Assembly: GCA_951406725.2 (NCBI GenBank)
Contig: OX597821.1
Coordinates: 36,518,001 to 36,582,000 of the forward strand
From: Octopus vulgaris
Taxonomy: Eukaryota
Length of the DNA stretch: 64,000 bases
Direction: 5' to 3'
Position 1 is the first letter of the stretch, and every line of letters starts with the position of its first letter. Shown here in pieces: positions 15,106 through 28,929 of this stretch. Position numbers and translations under genes: made by a program. Under the pieces are notes generated by a model. It saw only the letters and a program-made list of their open reading frames with translations. It made no database searches and had not been told where the DNA came from.

Positions 15106-15463
15106 GGAGGCGCAATGACCCAGTGGTTAGGGCAGCGGGCTCGCGGTCATAGGATCGCGGTTTCGATTCCCAGACTGGACGTTGTGAATGTTTATTGAAC
15201 GAATACACTTAAAGGTCCACGAGGCTCCGGCGGGGCGGGGGCAAACCCTGCAGTATTTTTTCACGACAACTTTCTCTCACTTTTTCTTTCTGTTTCTGTT
15301 GTACCTGTATTTCAAAGGGCCAGCCTTGTCACATTCTGTATCCCTACGTTAAGGGTACACGTGCCTGTGGAGTGCTCAGCCACTTGCACGTTAATTTCAC
15401 GAGCAGGATGTTCCGTTGATCGGATCAACTGGAACCCTCGTCGTCGTAACCTACAGAGTGCCA
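15106..15463 (+). mobile_element. tRNA-derived SINE family C
   Basis: tRNA-like head (CCCAGTGGTTAGGGCA...GGTTTCGATTCCC); body shared with 23166-23487. Confidence 0.8.
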
Positions 15464-15901
15464 CGACGAATAACAGTTTGTCTCATCAACTAGTTTTGTG
15501 AGTTCCTAAAACATGTCTGTATTATCAGATGTGTAGATTTGATGAGATGGACGTGTCCTACATCTCCACGAAATACCATAAAGAGAAGCCAATTATTGAT
15601 ATTTTGAATTCATTTAGTACCCGTGTTTTAGATAATTATACAAGCGGAACAGAATTTTTCTCATCTTCGATTAAATCATTTCAGAATATGAAAGTTTGAA
15701 ATGCTTTACGTGAAGACGTATGTAATAGAAGAATTCTTTCTTTCTTGCATAATTATCCGAAACGCGTGTATTAAATACATTCACAGCATTATTATTTGGT
15801 TTTGCTTTATTATTATATGCTATACGATTCCAAGCATATCCCGTCCTTTTTTTTTTTTTTTTTTTACACTGGTCATCTAACAATGCTGTATACAAGAATG
15901 T

Positions 15902-16012
<111 letters not shown>

Positions 16013-16671
16013 CATACATATATATATATATGTGTGTGTGTGTGCGTTAGTTTTTCCTTGGGGCTGGCCAAATTGGAGCAATCTCGAGTATAGCATCCGA
16101 AATTGCAAAGATAATCTGGAACTCGCGTTCGTGCATGTGTGTATGCGTGTCTGTATGTGTTTGTGTGTATGTATATACATACATATGTATGTACATGTAT
16201 GTGTGTATGTATGTATGTATGTATGTGTAGATAGATAGATAGATGCGAGAATAAAAGGAGAGCCAGTATGTTTGAGCAAATATTTTGTAAGCAATGAAAA
16301 ATAAAAGGAAACTTTACAGTAGAAAGACACAAATTTTAAGAACTTCGGTAGGTTGAGTTCACCATAAGTAGTTATAGAATGGATTTTAATTTTTTAAATT
16401 CAAATTTATGTATGTTTGCGTAAGGACGTATGTAATAGAAGAATTAAAACAAATGTTCAGATCTTTCGATTTTTATAAGTATTTTCATTATGCAAAATAT
16501 GTCTGTATACAAAAGAACAACACGTTTATATTAGTTTATTATTAAATGAAATATCTATCACAATTTTAAAATACCTTTTTAATATCTACTAATATATAGA
16601 ATTGTCCCTCGTTGTTTAAGTATACATGGCTACATTCTTATTGAAAATTAACCAATATTGTTTTCAAATGT

Positions 16672-16830
16672 TTTTGGCACAAGACCAGTAAATTTCGGGG
16701 AGGGGATAAATCGATTACATCAACCCCAGTGCATAACTGATGCTTATTTTATCGATACCGGAATTTGAATTCAGATCGTAAAGACGGACGAAATGCCGCT
16801 AAGCATTTTTTTTCCCGGAGTGCTAACTAT
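16672..16830 (-). mobile_element. degenerate SINE family A copy
   Basis: CGATTACATCAACCCCAGTGC...GAATTTGAATTCAGA...GAAATGCCGCTAAGCATT. Confidence 0.7.
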
Positions 16831-17220
16831 TCTACAGTCTCAAAGCCTGACATTGTTTGAAATATTGAACGCTGTGACAAGTCAAAATTGCATATTGCCT
16901 TGTATATATCTAGAGTATTTATTACTTCATTCTCCAGCAAGTGGAGCATTTTAAAATGTAAGTCATTAAACGTTATTGCTAAGTGAGAAATGTTAAGTAC
17001 CCATTTCGTTCAGTTCAAATAGTCGATCAGTCTCAGTTTCGTTTGCTATGCATCTAATACCAAGTTAACTCGTTTAATTGTACGAATGTAGTTGAGGCGT
17101 TTGTTGGGTAGTCGCCAACAAATTGCGTTCACTTCACCAATAATTGTGGTAAGCGCACGAAATAATATGCTTAATGGGATAATTTTAATAAGTATTTGAT
17201 TAAATTTTAATAAATTTTTA

Positions 17221-17630
17221 GGAGTGGCTGTGTGGTAAGTAGCTTGCTTACGAACTACATGTTTCTGGGTTCAGTCCCACAGCGTGGCACCTTGGGCAAG
17301 TGTCTTCTACTATAGCCTTGGGCCAACCAAAGCCTTGCGAGTGGATTTGGTAGATGGAAACCGAAAGAAGTTTGTCGTATATATGTATATATATGTATGT
17401 GTGTGTATATGTTTGTGTGTCTGTGTTTGTCCCCCTAGCATTGCTTGACAACCGATGCTGGTGTGTTTACGTCCCTGTCACTTAGCGGTTCGGCAAAAGA
17501 GACCGATAGAATAAGTACTGGGCTTACAAAGAATAAGTCCCGGGGTCGATTTGCTCGACTAAATGCGCTGCTCCAGCATGGCCGCAGTCAAATGACTGAA
17601 ACAAGTAAAAGAGTAAAAAGAGTAAGAGTA
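17221..17630 (+). mobile_element. tRNA-derived SINE family B with internal microsatellite and GAGTAAAA tail
   Basis: Near-identical to the 49641, 43797 and 55586 copies. Confidence 0.85.
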
Positions 17631-18340
17631 ATGTGAAGTCAGCACATCGAACGAGGTCGACTTATGAACATTTGAAAGCGATTCTCCTGGTTGTATGCAG
17701 TAATTCCAAAGCATTTATATCTTAAAAGCTAAACACCAATTTCACAAATATAACTAACCTTTTTGACTGCTTAGTTTGTGAGATTCGTATATGTCCGCGC
17801 TTGATATGCTATAACTATCTTATTGCTAACGTCGCCTTCTTTGATAACTTTTTGGCAAATAAATGTTAGTTATCTTTATTTTTTGTGTGTTCACTGTATT
17901 GCATTAAAGAAAATGGTTACGCGGCCCGCGTTCGCCATTCTCTCGGTTATCAGGCCCACCGTGAAAAAAGTTTGGTGACCCTTGTCATAGCTCGATAGTA
18001 TTTCAGAATATTGCTACAGTAGTCAGACTCTCAAACAATTCACTTATATAATGAAATATTATGTATGTATGTATGTATGTATGCATATATGTATGTATGT
18101 ATATATATGTATGTATATATGTATGCATGTATGCATGTATCTATGTATGTATGTATGTATGTATGTATGTATGTATGTATGTATGTATGTATGTATGTAT
18201 GTATCATATACAGCTATGAAGAATAGCATGTAAATATTGGGTTGTAAAAAGCCTTAAGGATAGAAAAGGTCGAAGGCAGATCGATATACGTATACATGCA
18301 TATACATGGCGGTATGTTTGTAATATTTGTAAGCATATTT

Positions 18341-18556
18341 CGGCGGCGAACTGACAGAAACGTTAGCACGCCGGGCGAAATGCTTAGTGATATTTCGTCT
18401 GTCTTTACGTTCTAATTTCAAATTCCGCCAAGGTCGACTATGCCTGTTATCCTTTCGGGGTCGATAAATTAAGCACTAGTTGCGTACTGGGGTCAATCTA
18501 ATCGACTGTCCCCCTCCCCCAAAATTTCGGGCCTTGTGTCTAGAGTAGAAAAGAAT
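18341..18556 (+). mobile_element. SINE family A copy (alternative tail)
   Basis: Head and body match 2167; tail CCCCCTCCCCCAAAATTTCGGGCCTTGTG. Confidence 0.8.
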
Positions 18557-19147
18557 ATTTCTAAGCATGTTGTATGCGTGCGAATATATTTGAGAAAGAG
18601 AGAGAGAGGGGGGGATCCTGTTCGTTCCAGTTCAGCTCCAACAAACTTATACATGATCAAAAGAGTTCTGACCATGAACACCCTCACTTTTCGCAGATAT
18701 TTGGATTACATAATTATTGTGTCCGGTGGGATTGAAATGTAAAGGAATTGACTGTTATTTACAACAGATCGAACAGTCATGCAGAGGACGAATAGACGTT
18801 CATGAGAGAACAATATTTGCTGATTACCTCTCTGCAGTGACGTGATTATGAAGAGTTGTTATCAAAGGCATTCAAACCGTGACATAGCATATATTTATAT
18901 GTATGTTCAGTGTAGCATACATTTGAGAAGAAGCGGGTTTTCTTTGAAAGATATTTAGCTGTTATGTTTTCAAGGTCGAGTGACAACGCAGTGTTTCACA
19001 AAATGCAGGAAAAGATATCAGAGTTAAAGTTTCATTTTATTCTATTACCAGTGACTCACATTGGTAAAAGAAATAAAAAAATCCTTTCTGAGAACAGATT
19101 CATCACAACAGTTTTATTAGTATTTTTTTCAGATCTTCCTTATATAC

Positions 19148-19207
<60 letters not shown>

Positions 19208-19256
19208 AATACATATATACATATATATATGTGTACACACACACACATATATATAT

Positions 19257-19430
19257 AGTAAAAGAAATGGACGAATTTCGATTATCCCCATGTGGTGAGT
19301 TGTAATATATATAAGCAATTAAAGAAGGAAAATGCACACACTTTACACGGTTTTAATATAATATACATACATATACATATACATATATGTATATAAATAC
19401 ATACATATATACATATATATATGTGTGTGT

Positions 19431-19497
<67 letters not shown>

Positions 19498-19689
19498 CAT
19501 ATAGTAAAAGAAAGGGAGAAATTTCGATTATCCCCATGTGGTGAGTTGTAATATATATAAGCAATTAAAGAAGGAAAATGCACACACTTTACACGGTTTT
19601 AATATAATATACATACATATACATATACATATATGTATATAAATACATACATATATACATATATATATGTGTGTGTGTACACACACACA

Positions 19690-19757
<68 letters not shown>

Positions 19758-20690
19758 GTAAAAGAAAGGGAGAAATTTCGATTATCCCCATGTGGTGAGT
19801 TGTAATATATATAGGCAATTAAAGAAGGAAAATGCACACACTTTACACAGTTTTAATGTAATTTTTAATATATCTTGCATTGTGTTTGTCGACCGGTTTC
19901 GCTTTCGCTATTCACGACATTAAAATTTATTTAAATACGTATTTTCTTTAGAAGAAATATTTTGGTCCATGATGTGTGTGAATTCATGAGTGAATGATTC
20001 AACAAGTAGAAAAATCTAAGGCCAGGTAATTAATTGGTTATCATTATTATTGTGGGCAGGGGAGATAATTATTCAGCATTCGGTGGTGGGGGTCATATAT
20101 ATTATACACAAAAATTCAAGAACTAGATTAGTGGGGAGAAATGTGTACAGTGATGAGTATATACTGTACACATTCGTGAACTAAAATAAGTAAAGAGATC
20201 AAAGTTGGTTATGCGTGCATATTTAGACATGTTCTGTATTTTTCGATGAAAAAATTGTCTTTATTTAAACGTTCTTGTAAAGAAATTGTATATTTGTACT
20301 GGTAGAAGGGGAAAACTGTAAAATTTGGTTTGATATTACCAGCAAATTTCTCTGTGTTCACTTAAAGGAATGTGTCTGTATTGCAGGAACTGGATCTGCT
20401 CTTTATGTAGAGTGCTTCTCCGTCTCAATGTCATACTCGTCTGTCCTACATAGTGATGTCCACAACCCGAGTAGGTTACTACATAAATTAGGTTCTCAGA
20501 GGCACATGTGAAGTTAGTTTTAATTGTGAACCTCTCTACTTTTTTGAAAAGGAAATCTGAGCCCTCATGTAGGTTGGGGCGTGTTCCACAGCTTGGACTT
20601 CCATATTTTTAACCGTTGGTTTCGTAGTTGTTGTGTAAAGCTCTGCATGTGTTAGCAGTCTCTATTGGGATTTGTGTTGCTTGTTTTCGT
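19257..20690 (-). mobile_element. decayed Penelope-like element (Neptune-type GIY-YIG) with triplicated terminus
   Basis: Minus about 20609-20337 reads ...FTIKTNFTCASENLIYVVTYSGCGHHYVGQTSMTLRRRSTLHKEQI...LSEH. Degenerate HHR at 19887-19919. Terminus repeated at 19257, 19503 and 19757. Confidence 0.8.
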
Positions 20691-20714
20691 ATATAGTTGC
20701 TGTTTTCTTCGTGT

Positions 20715-21540
20715 ATGACCAGCTGAAATTGCAAAGATAATCTGGAACTCGACTGAGGATAGAAAACTCCGAATGATCCGTACTCATTTTCTTTGTATCG
20801 TCTGTCTCGATGTTTCGTTGTCTCTTTTGTGCATCACCTAATTCTCTGGATGTTTTGCGTTCTTGTCCCATTTTTGTATTTTTTCTATATACATCTTGGT
20901 CTCTTATATGTAAGTATATATATCTAAATTTTGTACGACTCTATCATTCTTTCTGTTCTTTCATTCTTTCCTTCTTTCTATCAGCCCTTTCACGCTTATC
21001 TCGTTCATTCCACTCTTCGTTCTTTCGTTCCCCCTCTCTCACATTTCCTGGAGTTCTCTTCATGCTCACTTTTCCTCCTCTTTCACTTCACTGTGTCCCT
21101 TTCACTTGTTTCACCTTAATTCTTCTATCCCTCTGCCTCTACCTCTCTTTCTTTTCTCCCCACGTAACCGGTGTTCAGCCAAGCCTGACCTTTCTTTCTT
21201 GGTTCGACTATCATCCATGAAACATCTATATTCCTCCCTGTGCCTGTCAAATCTTATTCCCTGCTGTAAGGCTTTACTTCCACACACACCAGCTTAATAT
21301 AAATCGTCCTTAGTCTAAAGACACCTGTTGTTATGTCCTGTTATTTGGATTTGGATTTGTGTAAGATTCTCCGTTTTTCCCCGTCCTTGTTTTCGTATAC
21401 ATTCGGTGCTTTCTTCGAGTATAACCAGCCTAAATTGAAATGATTATTTGGAACTCGACTGAGGATAGAAAACACCGAATGACCCGTCCTTGTTTTCTTT
21501 GTATTGTCTGTTTGGATGTTTTGCGTTCTTGTCCCACTTG
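20715..21540 (+). repeat. pyrimidine-rich element with diverged direct repeats (about 20725-20880 and 21430-21540)
   Basis: GGAACTCGACTGAGGATAGAAAAC...GGATGTTTTGCGTTCTTGTCCCA twice; a fragment also at about 16100. Confidence 0.6.
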
Positions 21541-21673
21541 TGTGTGTGTATATATATATTAAACATATTTATGGCCGATTTGTGGGTTTACCCAGGTTTC
21601 ACGTTCATAAAGCGCTTAGCTTTATAGCATTTCTTGAGACCCTACTGCTTTTTTCGGATTCATGATTTACTGA

Positions 21674-21704
<31 letters not shown>

Positions 21705-21708
<4 letters not shown>

Positions 21709-22118
21709 GCTGCTGTGAAGTTTTCTTCCGCCCCACATGAATCGTGGTACCTTGAACAAGTGTCTTCTACTATAGTCTCTCAGGCTAACCAAAGCGTTTT
21801 GTGTTGTATGCATGTATGTATGTATGTATGTATGTATGTATGTATGTATGTATGTATGTATGTATGTATGTATGTATGTGAGTGTGCGCGCGAGTGCGAG
21901 TATTTACGTCTGTGTATCTTTGTGTATGAATTTGTCCCTCGACCACCGCTTGACAACTGGAATCGGTGTTATCTAGCGGTTCAGCAAAAGGGACCGATAG
22001 AATAAGTACCAGGGTCTACAAAGAAAAATAAAATAAGTACTGGGGTCGATTTGTTCGACTAAAATACTTCAAGACGGTGCCCCAGCATGGCCGCAGTGTA
22101 ATGACTGAACCAAGAAAA
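21705..22118 (+). mobile_element. degenerate SINE family B copy
   Basis: CAAGTGTCTTCTACTATAG...GACCGATAGAATAAGTAC...CAGCATGGCCGCAG. Confidence 0.75.
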
Positions 22119-22124
22119 AGGATT

Positions 22125-22168
<44 letters not shown>

Positions 22169-22287
22169 TATAATATATAAAATATTATAATAATCCAGGT
22201 TTCTCGTAGCACTAGGCCACAATAAATATACTATTAAATTAGTATCTAATTCACCCTTATTAATTAATTATATATATATATATATAT

Positions 22288-22370
<83 letters not shown>

Positions 22371-23165
22371 GTGTGCGCGTATAAACATACATGTATACAT
22401 ATATGTATGTATATATTTGTATATATATTTACACACGTACACTCACACACCGATACACTTAGATTTCCAAATAATATATGTTCAAAGTTGTTTCCCACGT
22501 TAGGCAATGATATGTTCGTGAACAAATATTCTGTAAGCAGTCATCGATCCGAAACAAAGTACATTATTATTATTTTCATTAGTATTATGTTCTAGAGGTG
22601 TAGATGGGTGGTGGCCTACTATGGTGTCTTTTACTTTTGATTTTATTTCACGTGGTTATTTTTTGTGATAAGCCATATCATTTTATATGTATAGATATAT
22701 AAACTTGTTTTTATTTTCGTTCAGCTAAATCAGTAAGATATGACGTGCCACTGTTATTCGTATAAACTAGCTCGATACCCGCCGCTTTGCTTGGCGGCAA
22801 TAAGGCAAAAAAACAAAACATTCATTTATATTGTTTGTCCTTGTAAAATCCTACGCTTTATAAAAGATATATTCAGAGTAGATACAAATATTTTTTTAAC
22901 CTTTCTTCTCACTATAAACTTTACCTCTATTTTGATTTTCAAGAAAATAGTTATTTTAAGTGATTATTGATTTGGGTAAATAACTGAAATTTAGATGGTC
23001 TTTTTCAGTGAAGGCTTCACAAATAATATTTTTGAATGCTGTTTAAATAAAAATATTTGTTTTAAAATTATTTTGTTTCATATTCTGTAAGCTCGGTATA
23101 AACATTCTAGAATAAATATAAATAGTTTTAGCGGAGGAGTTCAGAGTAGATAAGGTTATAAATAT

Positions 23166-23487
23166 TGGTACTCCTTCGGTTACGACGACGAGGGTTCCAG
23201 CTGATCCGATCAACGGAACAAGCTGCTCGTGAAATTAACGTGTGTGTGGCTGAGCACTCTACAGGCACATATACCCTTAATGTAGCTCTCAGGGAGATTC
23301 AGCGTCACACAGAATATGACAAGACTGGCCCTTTGAAATACGGGTACTACTCATTTTTGCCACCTAAGTGGACTGGAGGAGCACGAAATAAAACGTCTTT
23401 CTCAAGGGTACAATGAGTCATCGAGAATCGAACTCACGACCTTGCGATCGTGAGCCGAATAACCTAACTACTAAGCCATTCGCCTTC
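23166..23487 (-). mobile_element. SINE family C relative inserted in the Helitron
   Basis: Reverse complement of the 15300-15463 tail; tRNA-like head at 23420-23487. Confidence 0.75.
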
Positions 23488-24339
23488 ACGCTGTAAATAT
23501 TATTCTGTAAGATCTTTGGTTAAAGAAAATTCTCGGGTAGAAAATATCTGATGGCTGCCCGTAGAACACCCCCACCCACACATCTGTGAGAATGACAGAA
23601 GTGCTAATATTTGCATTCACTGAGATGACTTCTCTACAAGCAACGTTCCTAGTTAAGTTCTATATTCAACTTTATGATGTCTTTTTGGTTCTGTAGTTGA
23701 ATTCCCTTTGATAAACAAATATTCTCAGATTTGTTCGTCGCCAGCTCTGCTAATAGCAACATACAATGACCTCTGTGTGATCGCAGGAGTCGGAAAAAGC
23801 AATCAACACGTGTTTAAACTTTTTCTCAGACTCTTATTTATCGACATGATAAAAACAGGCCTTATAAGAAATTGCATATGTTTAGAGTAAGTGATAAGTT
23901 GGTGTCAGTTAGTAGAATTGAAATCCGAGGACTGATCAGCAGTCTACTAGTGTCAATTCCAGTATGTTCGCTGGCCGTTAGTAAATTGCTAGTTGCATTG
24001 AGCAGTGTAAACAAGTAGCATTACAGTGGCCATATCTGGGGCCTAAATTTTCGGAGAAGCATTGCTGAAGATCTTATATTGATTTGATGATTTAAAGAGA
24101 CAAAATACTTATATTTAAGGATTTCAAAGTTTCTGTGGTATAATTTTCTTCTACCACAGACTGTACGCTTCTCTATGTGAACCCATTTCCAGGATATTTA
24201 TTCTTAATTTCAACGTTACGGTAAACAACCTTGTTGCTTTTTGTTCTTGGAATAGTTCTTGAAAACATTCATTGTTCATGTTCGTATTGTGTTACTAGAT
24301 TATTAGAAACAAATTTGCACCACATCTTTCTTGGAATTC

Positions 24340-24700
24340 AGTTTTAGAAAGGTTGGAATCACAATGGCGTCTGGGAAAGGTGTGTCAGTATTCACAATAT
24401 TTGAAATTATTTCTTCGCCATAGAAGAACAAAGTCACCGTAGCATACACCTGAGCTTTGTTCCAGCCAATAGCTGATTATCATGTAGAAGGTGACCAGCT
24501 GCATTATATGACAGGGTGAAGCAGATTTATACTGAAATGGGAAACTTGAAACGAGAACGGGCTGTCCGCCCAATCTTCAACAATATGGCAATAATACCTG
24601 ATGAAACTACAGCAAGTATAATTCTACCATTTTTTGCGAACGTAGAACAGTAGCATATCCAGCAGAAATGTTTTAGCTGTCCCTCACAAGAACACAAATG
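24340..24700 (-). pseudogene. PIF1-family (Helitron) helicase fragment
   Basis: Frameshifted Walker A region GTAKTFLLDMLLFYVR, then ILAVVSSGIIAILLKIGRTARSRFKFPI (family pattern AVASSGIAA.LL.GGRTAHSRFK.P). Confidence 0.8.
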
Positions 24701-25379
24701 TGTCAACAGCAGGCGAAAACTGTCAACCAGCAGCAATAGAAATTATACATTCCAGAATTTCTGCGTATTTACGCATTATCGGTAGCAAGTATCTAATATC
24801 AACCACATGTTTACGCAAATTTCGTGCCTACAGACATAGAAAAACAAAGGTTAACAAATCACTAGCCCACAATAGCTGTGAGACGAGGTAAGAGTTCGTT
24901 ATTAACGAAGAATTTAAATGAAGCTGACGTGGAGTATGAGACATTCCCTTTAAATTTCTTTACAACGAAATAAAAGCAAGCTTGATATAATCATAAATAT
25001 AAATAGAATTGAAAGAAATATTTATTAATCTCGCAGTTCTACTAGGAACGTCGAAATGAAAGAACTTCTTCAATAATAATAACTGTAGGTAAATCACTCG
25101 ATAATCTGCAAATGATATTCTAATAGCCTTATAAATATGTCATTTTTACAAATAAATTTTCAAGTATTATTAAACTGTCTAATGTATCACTAAATATGTT
25201 ATGTATATAAAAAAAAAATAAAATGTAGTCGTTTTTCAAGGCAAGGTGATGTGCTCATATACCGTTGTGACTCATGCTCTATAATGCATAAAACTGTCGT
25301 CATTTTGACGAGTATGAGAATATATATACACATGTATATCATATAGATATGTATACACAAACATGCACACGCACACCTG

Positions 25380-25425
<46 letters not shown>

Positions 25426-25589
25426 CATACATGTAATTATATACATATATCATATTATATAGTACATGTATACTTATATATGCATATACACTCACATGCA
25501 TACACAAACATATATATATATATACATATATGTATATCTCTACATATATACAGACATATGTATATATATGCGCGCGTGTGTGTGTGTGT

Positions 25590-25621
<32 letters not shown>

Positions 25622-25764
25622 TTGACTATATGTAATGAAAATAATATATGTGTCTGTGTTTTTCAGTTAAGTGATTATAACGTTTTTATAGAAAATAAAA
25701 ATGACTTGATATCTTGTAACCCAGTGTGCTGTTGGTGGTATCATTATGTATACATATACATATA

Positions 25765-25812
<48 letters not shown>

Positions 25813-25814
25813 TG

Positions 25815-25855
<41 letters not shown>

Positions 25856-26359
25856 ACATGTATGTATGTTTGTATGTATATATGTATATATACATACATA
25901 CACATTCATGTGCATAAGTGTATACATGTATTCATAGACACACACAAACGCTCAAATACACACACACACAAACACACACTCACACACATACCGGCAGTAA
26001 CCTCAGAGATTTATGTGCGTTCGAAGTTGTTTCCCACGTTAGGCAATAATAAATACATTTGTCAACAAGTATTCTCTAAGTGCTCATCGATCCGAAACAA
26101 AGTACATTATCATTTTCGTTAGTAATTTTATTATAGAGTAGAAGTGGTGAGGTTACAGTCGTGGCCTTTGTTTTTCTCCCTCATTTGCTCTTGGTTTTAC
26201 TTGATATTTTTTCTTATAAGTCATTTTATATAGACGTAAATACTACGTGTGTGTGTGTGTGTGTAGGGGCGGGGAAGAAGCTTCTGCTATAGCCACGGGC
26301 CGACCAAAGCCTTGTGAGTGGATGTAGTAGATAGGTGAAAGAAGCCTGTCGTATATATA

Positions 26360-27626
26360 CAGGAGCTGGACAAAATAATGGAAACACCTTAGAATTTCAA
26401 ACAAATTTATTTTAATATGGAGTAGGACTGCCTTTGGCAGTAATTGCAGCTTGAATTCTACGAGGTATGGACTTGTACAAAGTTTAATTGTTTCCAAAGG
26501 AATTTTTGTCCATTCTTCAGATAAAACAGTCTCCAGTTCTTGTAGTGATGATGGTGGAGGATATCGACTCCTTACCTGTTTTTCTAAAATTCACCATAAA
26601 TGTTCAATAATGTTGAGATCTGGGGTCTGTGGTGGCCAGATAAGATGTTCAACTTCACTAGAGTGTTCCTCAAGCCATTCAGTAACAACTTTAGCTGTGT
26701 GAATTAGTGCATTATCATCCTGAAAGACTGTGTTTCCTTCGGAAACAGTTCCGCAAACATAGGATAAATTTGCTCAGATAAAATGCTTAAATAGTCTTGA
26801 CTATTAATTCTGCCATGAAGAGAAACTATTGGGTCGGCGGGTTTCTAAGATATAGCACCCCAGATTATCACAGATCTTCCCCCTGTTCAACAGTTGGAAG
26901 AAGGCAGTCTGGGTTAAATGCTTCTTTTGGCTATCTCCTCATGTATACACGACCAGTGGTCGGGAATAAGGTAAAGGATGACTCGTCCGAGAAAATCACA
27001 TTCTTCCACTGCTCTAGGGACCAGTTGTGTAGACTTTTACACCACTCTCAACGTTTTGCAACATTAGTTTTTGAAAGTAGTGGTTTTCTGATTGCAGCAC
27101 TCCCGTGAAATCTGGCTTTGTGCATCTCCCGGGGAACTGTTTTTGTGGTAACTGGGTTCCCGTGGTAGTCATTAAGTTCTGCAGTAATTTTGGGAGCTGT
27201 TCTTTTGTGATACTTTCTAACAATTCGAGTAAGAATCCAACGATCCCTATCTGAAAGTTTTGGTTTTTTCCAGAGTTTTGTTTCGATGAGGAGGTTTTTT
27301 CCCTCTTTCTCAAAGCTGTCATTACTTTCGAGACAGTACTTCTTGGTACATCAAACATTTTGGCTGTTTTCGTACGCTAGCGCCTGCCATACGAGCACCA
27401 ACAATTTCACCTCTTTGAAAGTCCGATAGATCTGTCATTTTAATGAATTTTAATTACCTTTTTCTGATGATATCTGAAAAGAAACAGCAATTTTAGTAAA
27501 ACATATTAAGCAACATTAATAATAAATAAAAAAATAATAAAATAAACAAGATTTTGATGGTTCTATAGATATTTCAAAATTGTGATGTTATGAAGCTAGG
27601 TGTTTCCATTATTTGGCCAATCACTG
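26360..27626 (-). mobile_element. Tc1 (DD34E) transposon, full length, inactive, nested in a family B SINE
   Basis: TIRs CAGGAGCTGGACAAAATAATGGAAACACCT / AGGTGTTTCCATTATTTGGCCAATCACTG with TA flanks. SINE halves lie at 26280-26359 and 27770-27815. Confidence 0.92.
26412..27438 (-). pseudogene. Tc1 transposase pseudogene
   Basis: MTDLSDFQRGEIVGARMAGASV ... IFSDESSFTLF ... FQDDNALIHTAK...WPPQTPDLNIIEHLW; multiple frameshifts and stops. Confidence 0.9.
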
Positions 27627-27646
27627 TATATATATATATATATATA

Positions 27647-27771
<125 letters not shown>

Positions 27772-27935
27772 CCGTTTTGACAACCGGTATTGGTGTTTTT
27801 ATGTTCCTGTAACCTATATAACATATATATATACGACAGGCCTCTTTGAGTTTCCGTATACCAAATCGACTCGTAAGGTATTGATCGGCCCGAGTCTTTA
27901 GTAGACAGCTACGCCTGCTCCTACATATATGAACG

Positions 27936-28026
<91 letters not shown>

Positions 28027-28289
28027 CGATATGAAGAGAGAGTAAACAGTTATGTTAAATACCATATAAGATATATTCTAGATTTATCAAAATTATCTCC
28101 GACTTTCGAGAATGTTTCATAATTACCAAATAGCAATTCAGACTCGCTCCATATGAAGAGAGAGATAATCGCAAGAATCGAGGTTTCTTTAAAGTTGGCA
28201 TATCTTTCAGTAATAAAAGGTTTATTATCTGGAGATTAGAGGGCAGTCTTGGAGTAATCATTTACTAAATATTCTATATTGGTTTCAAA

Positions 28290-28494
28290 CTATGGCATAA
28301 GACCAGCAATTTTGAGGGATGGGCCAAGTCGATAGCATCGACCTCAGTGTTCAGCTGGTACTTATTTTATCGACCACGAAATGATGAAGAGCAAAGTCAA
28401 CCTCGTCATAATTTGAACTCACTTCGCAGAGACGGACGAAATGCGATTAAGCACCTTGTCCGGTGCGCAAAGGATTCTGTCAGCAAGCTGCCTT
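28290..28494 (-). mobile_element. degenerate SINE family A copy
   Basis: GGTACTTATTTTATCGAC...GCAAAGTCAACCTCG...ATTTGAACTCA. Confidence 0.7.
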
Positions 28495-28929
28495 ACATAA
28501 TATTCTATATCAAACAGAAATTTAGAACTCATGTCTTCTTGCAGACACAGGAGATAAAGTTCACAATGACATTTTAACCGTTTTCTGCTAAACCACTGAA
28601 GCATAAATAAGATGGCATAATAGTAGATATACTTCGACCATCTACAACAAAATCTGGCAGTCAAATAAATGGCTGGTACGCAGGAACAAATCGTGCTCGT
28701 AGTGCTTTCCCATGAAGGCAATCTCCTGCTATGTCAGAATTATCGTACAGATAGCAAGATGAGCCTCGCAAGCAAAGTCATTTTGAATATATCAGGGCAG
28801 TAGGCTCAAAATATCATAGCTGAGAAATAGAGCTTCCTCGTGTACCAACAGGCTTGCTCCAAAGCATTTATTGCAGTTTTCACTCAAAGCATAGTAGAGG
28901 TAGTTCTATACCGGTTTTGGAGTGTGCTA

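Larger units (their letters stand above)
22767..24740 (-). mobile_element. decayed Helitron (5' limit not located)
   Basis: Minus-strand 3' end: hairpin GCCGC-N8-GCGGC, 10 nt, then CTAG|T at 22767-22798. PIF1 helicase remnants upstream on the same strand. Confidence 0.7.

Noticed and set aside
20753-20770. CTGAGGA-TA-GAAA in the 20715-21540 repeats
   Set aside because: No room for stem II and no closing stem I.
27464-27490. CTGATGA-TATCT-GAAA in the Tc1 leader (also at 62205) and CTGATGAAA at 24598
   Set aside because: No stem II or stem I; chance matches in AT-rich DNA.
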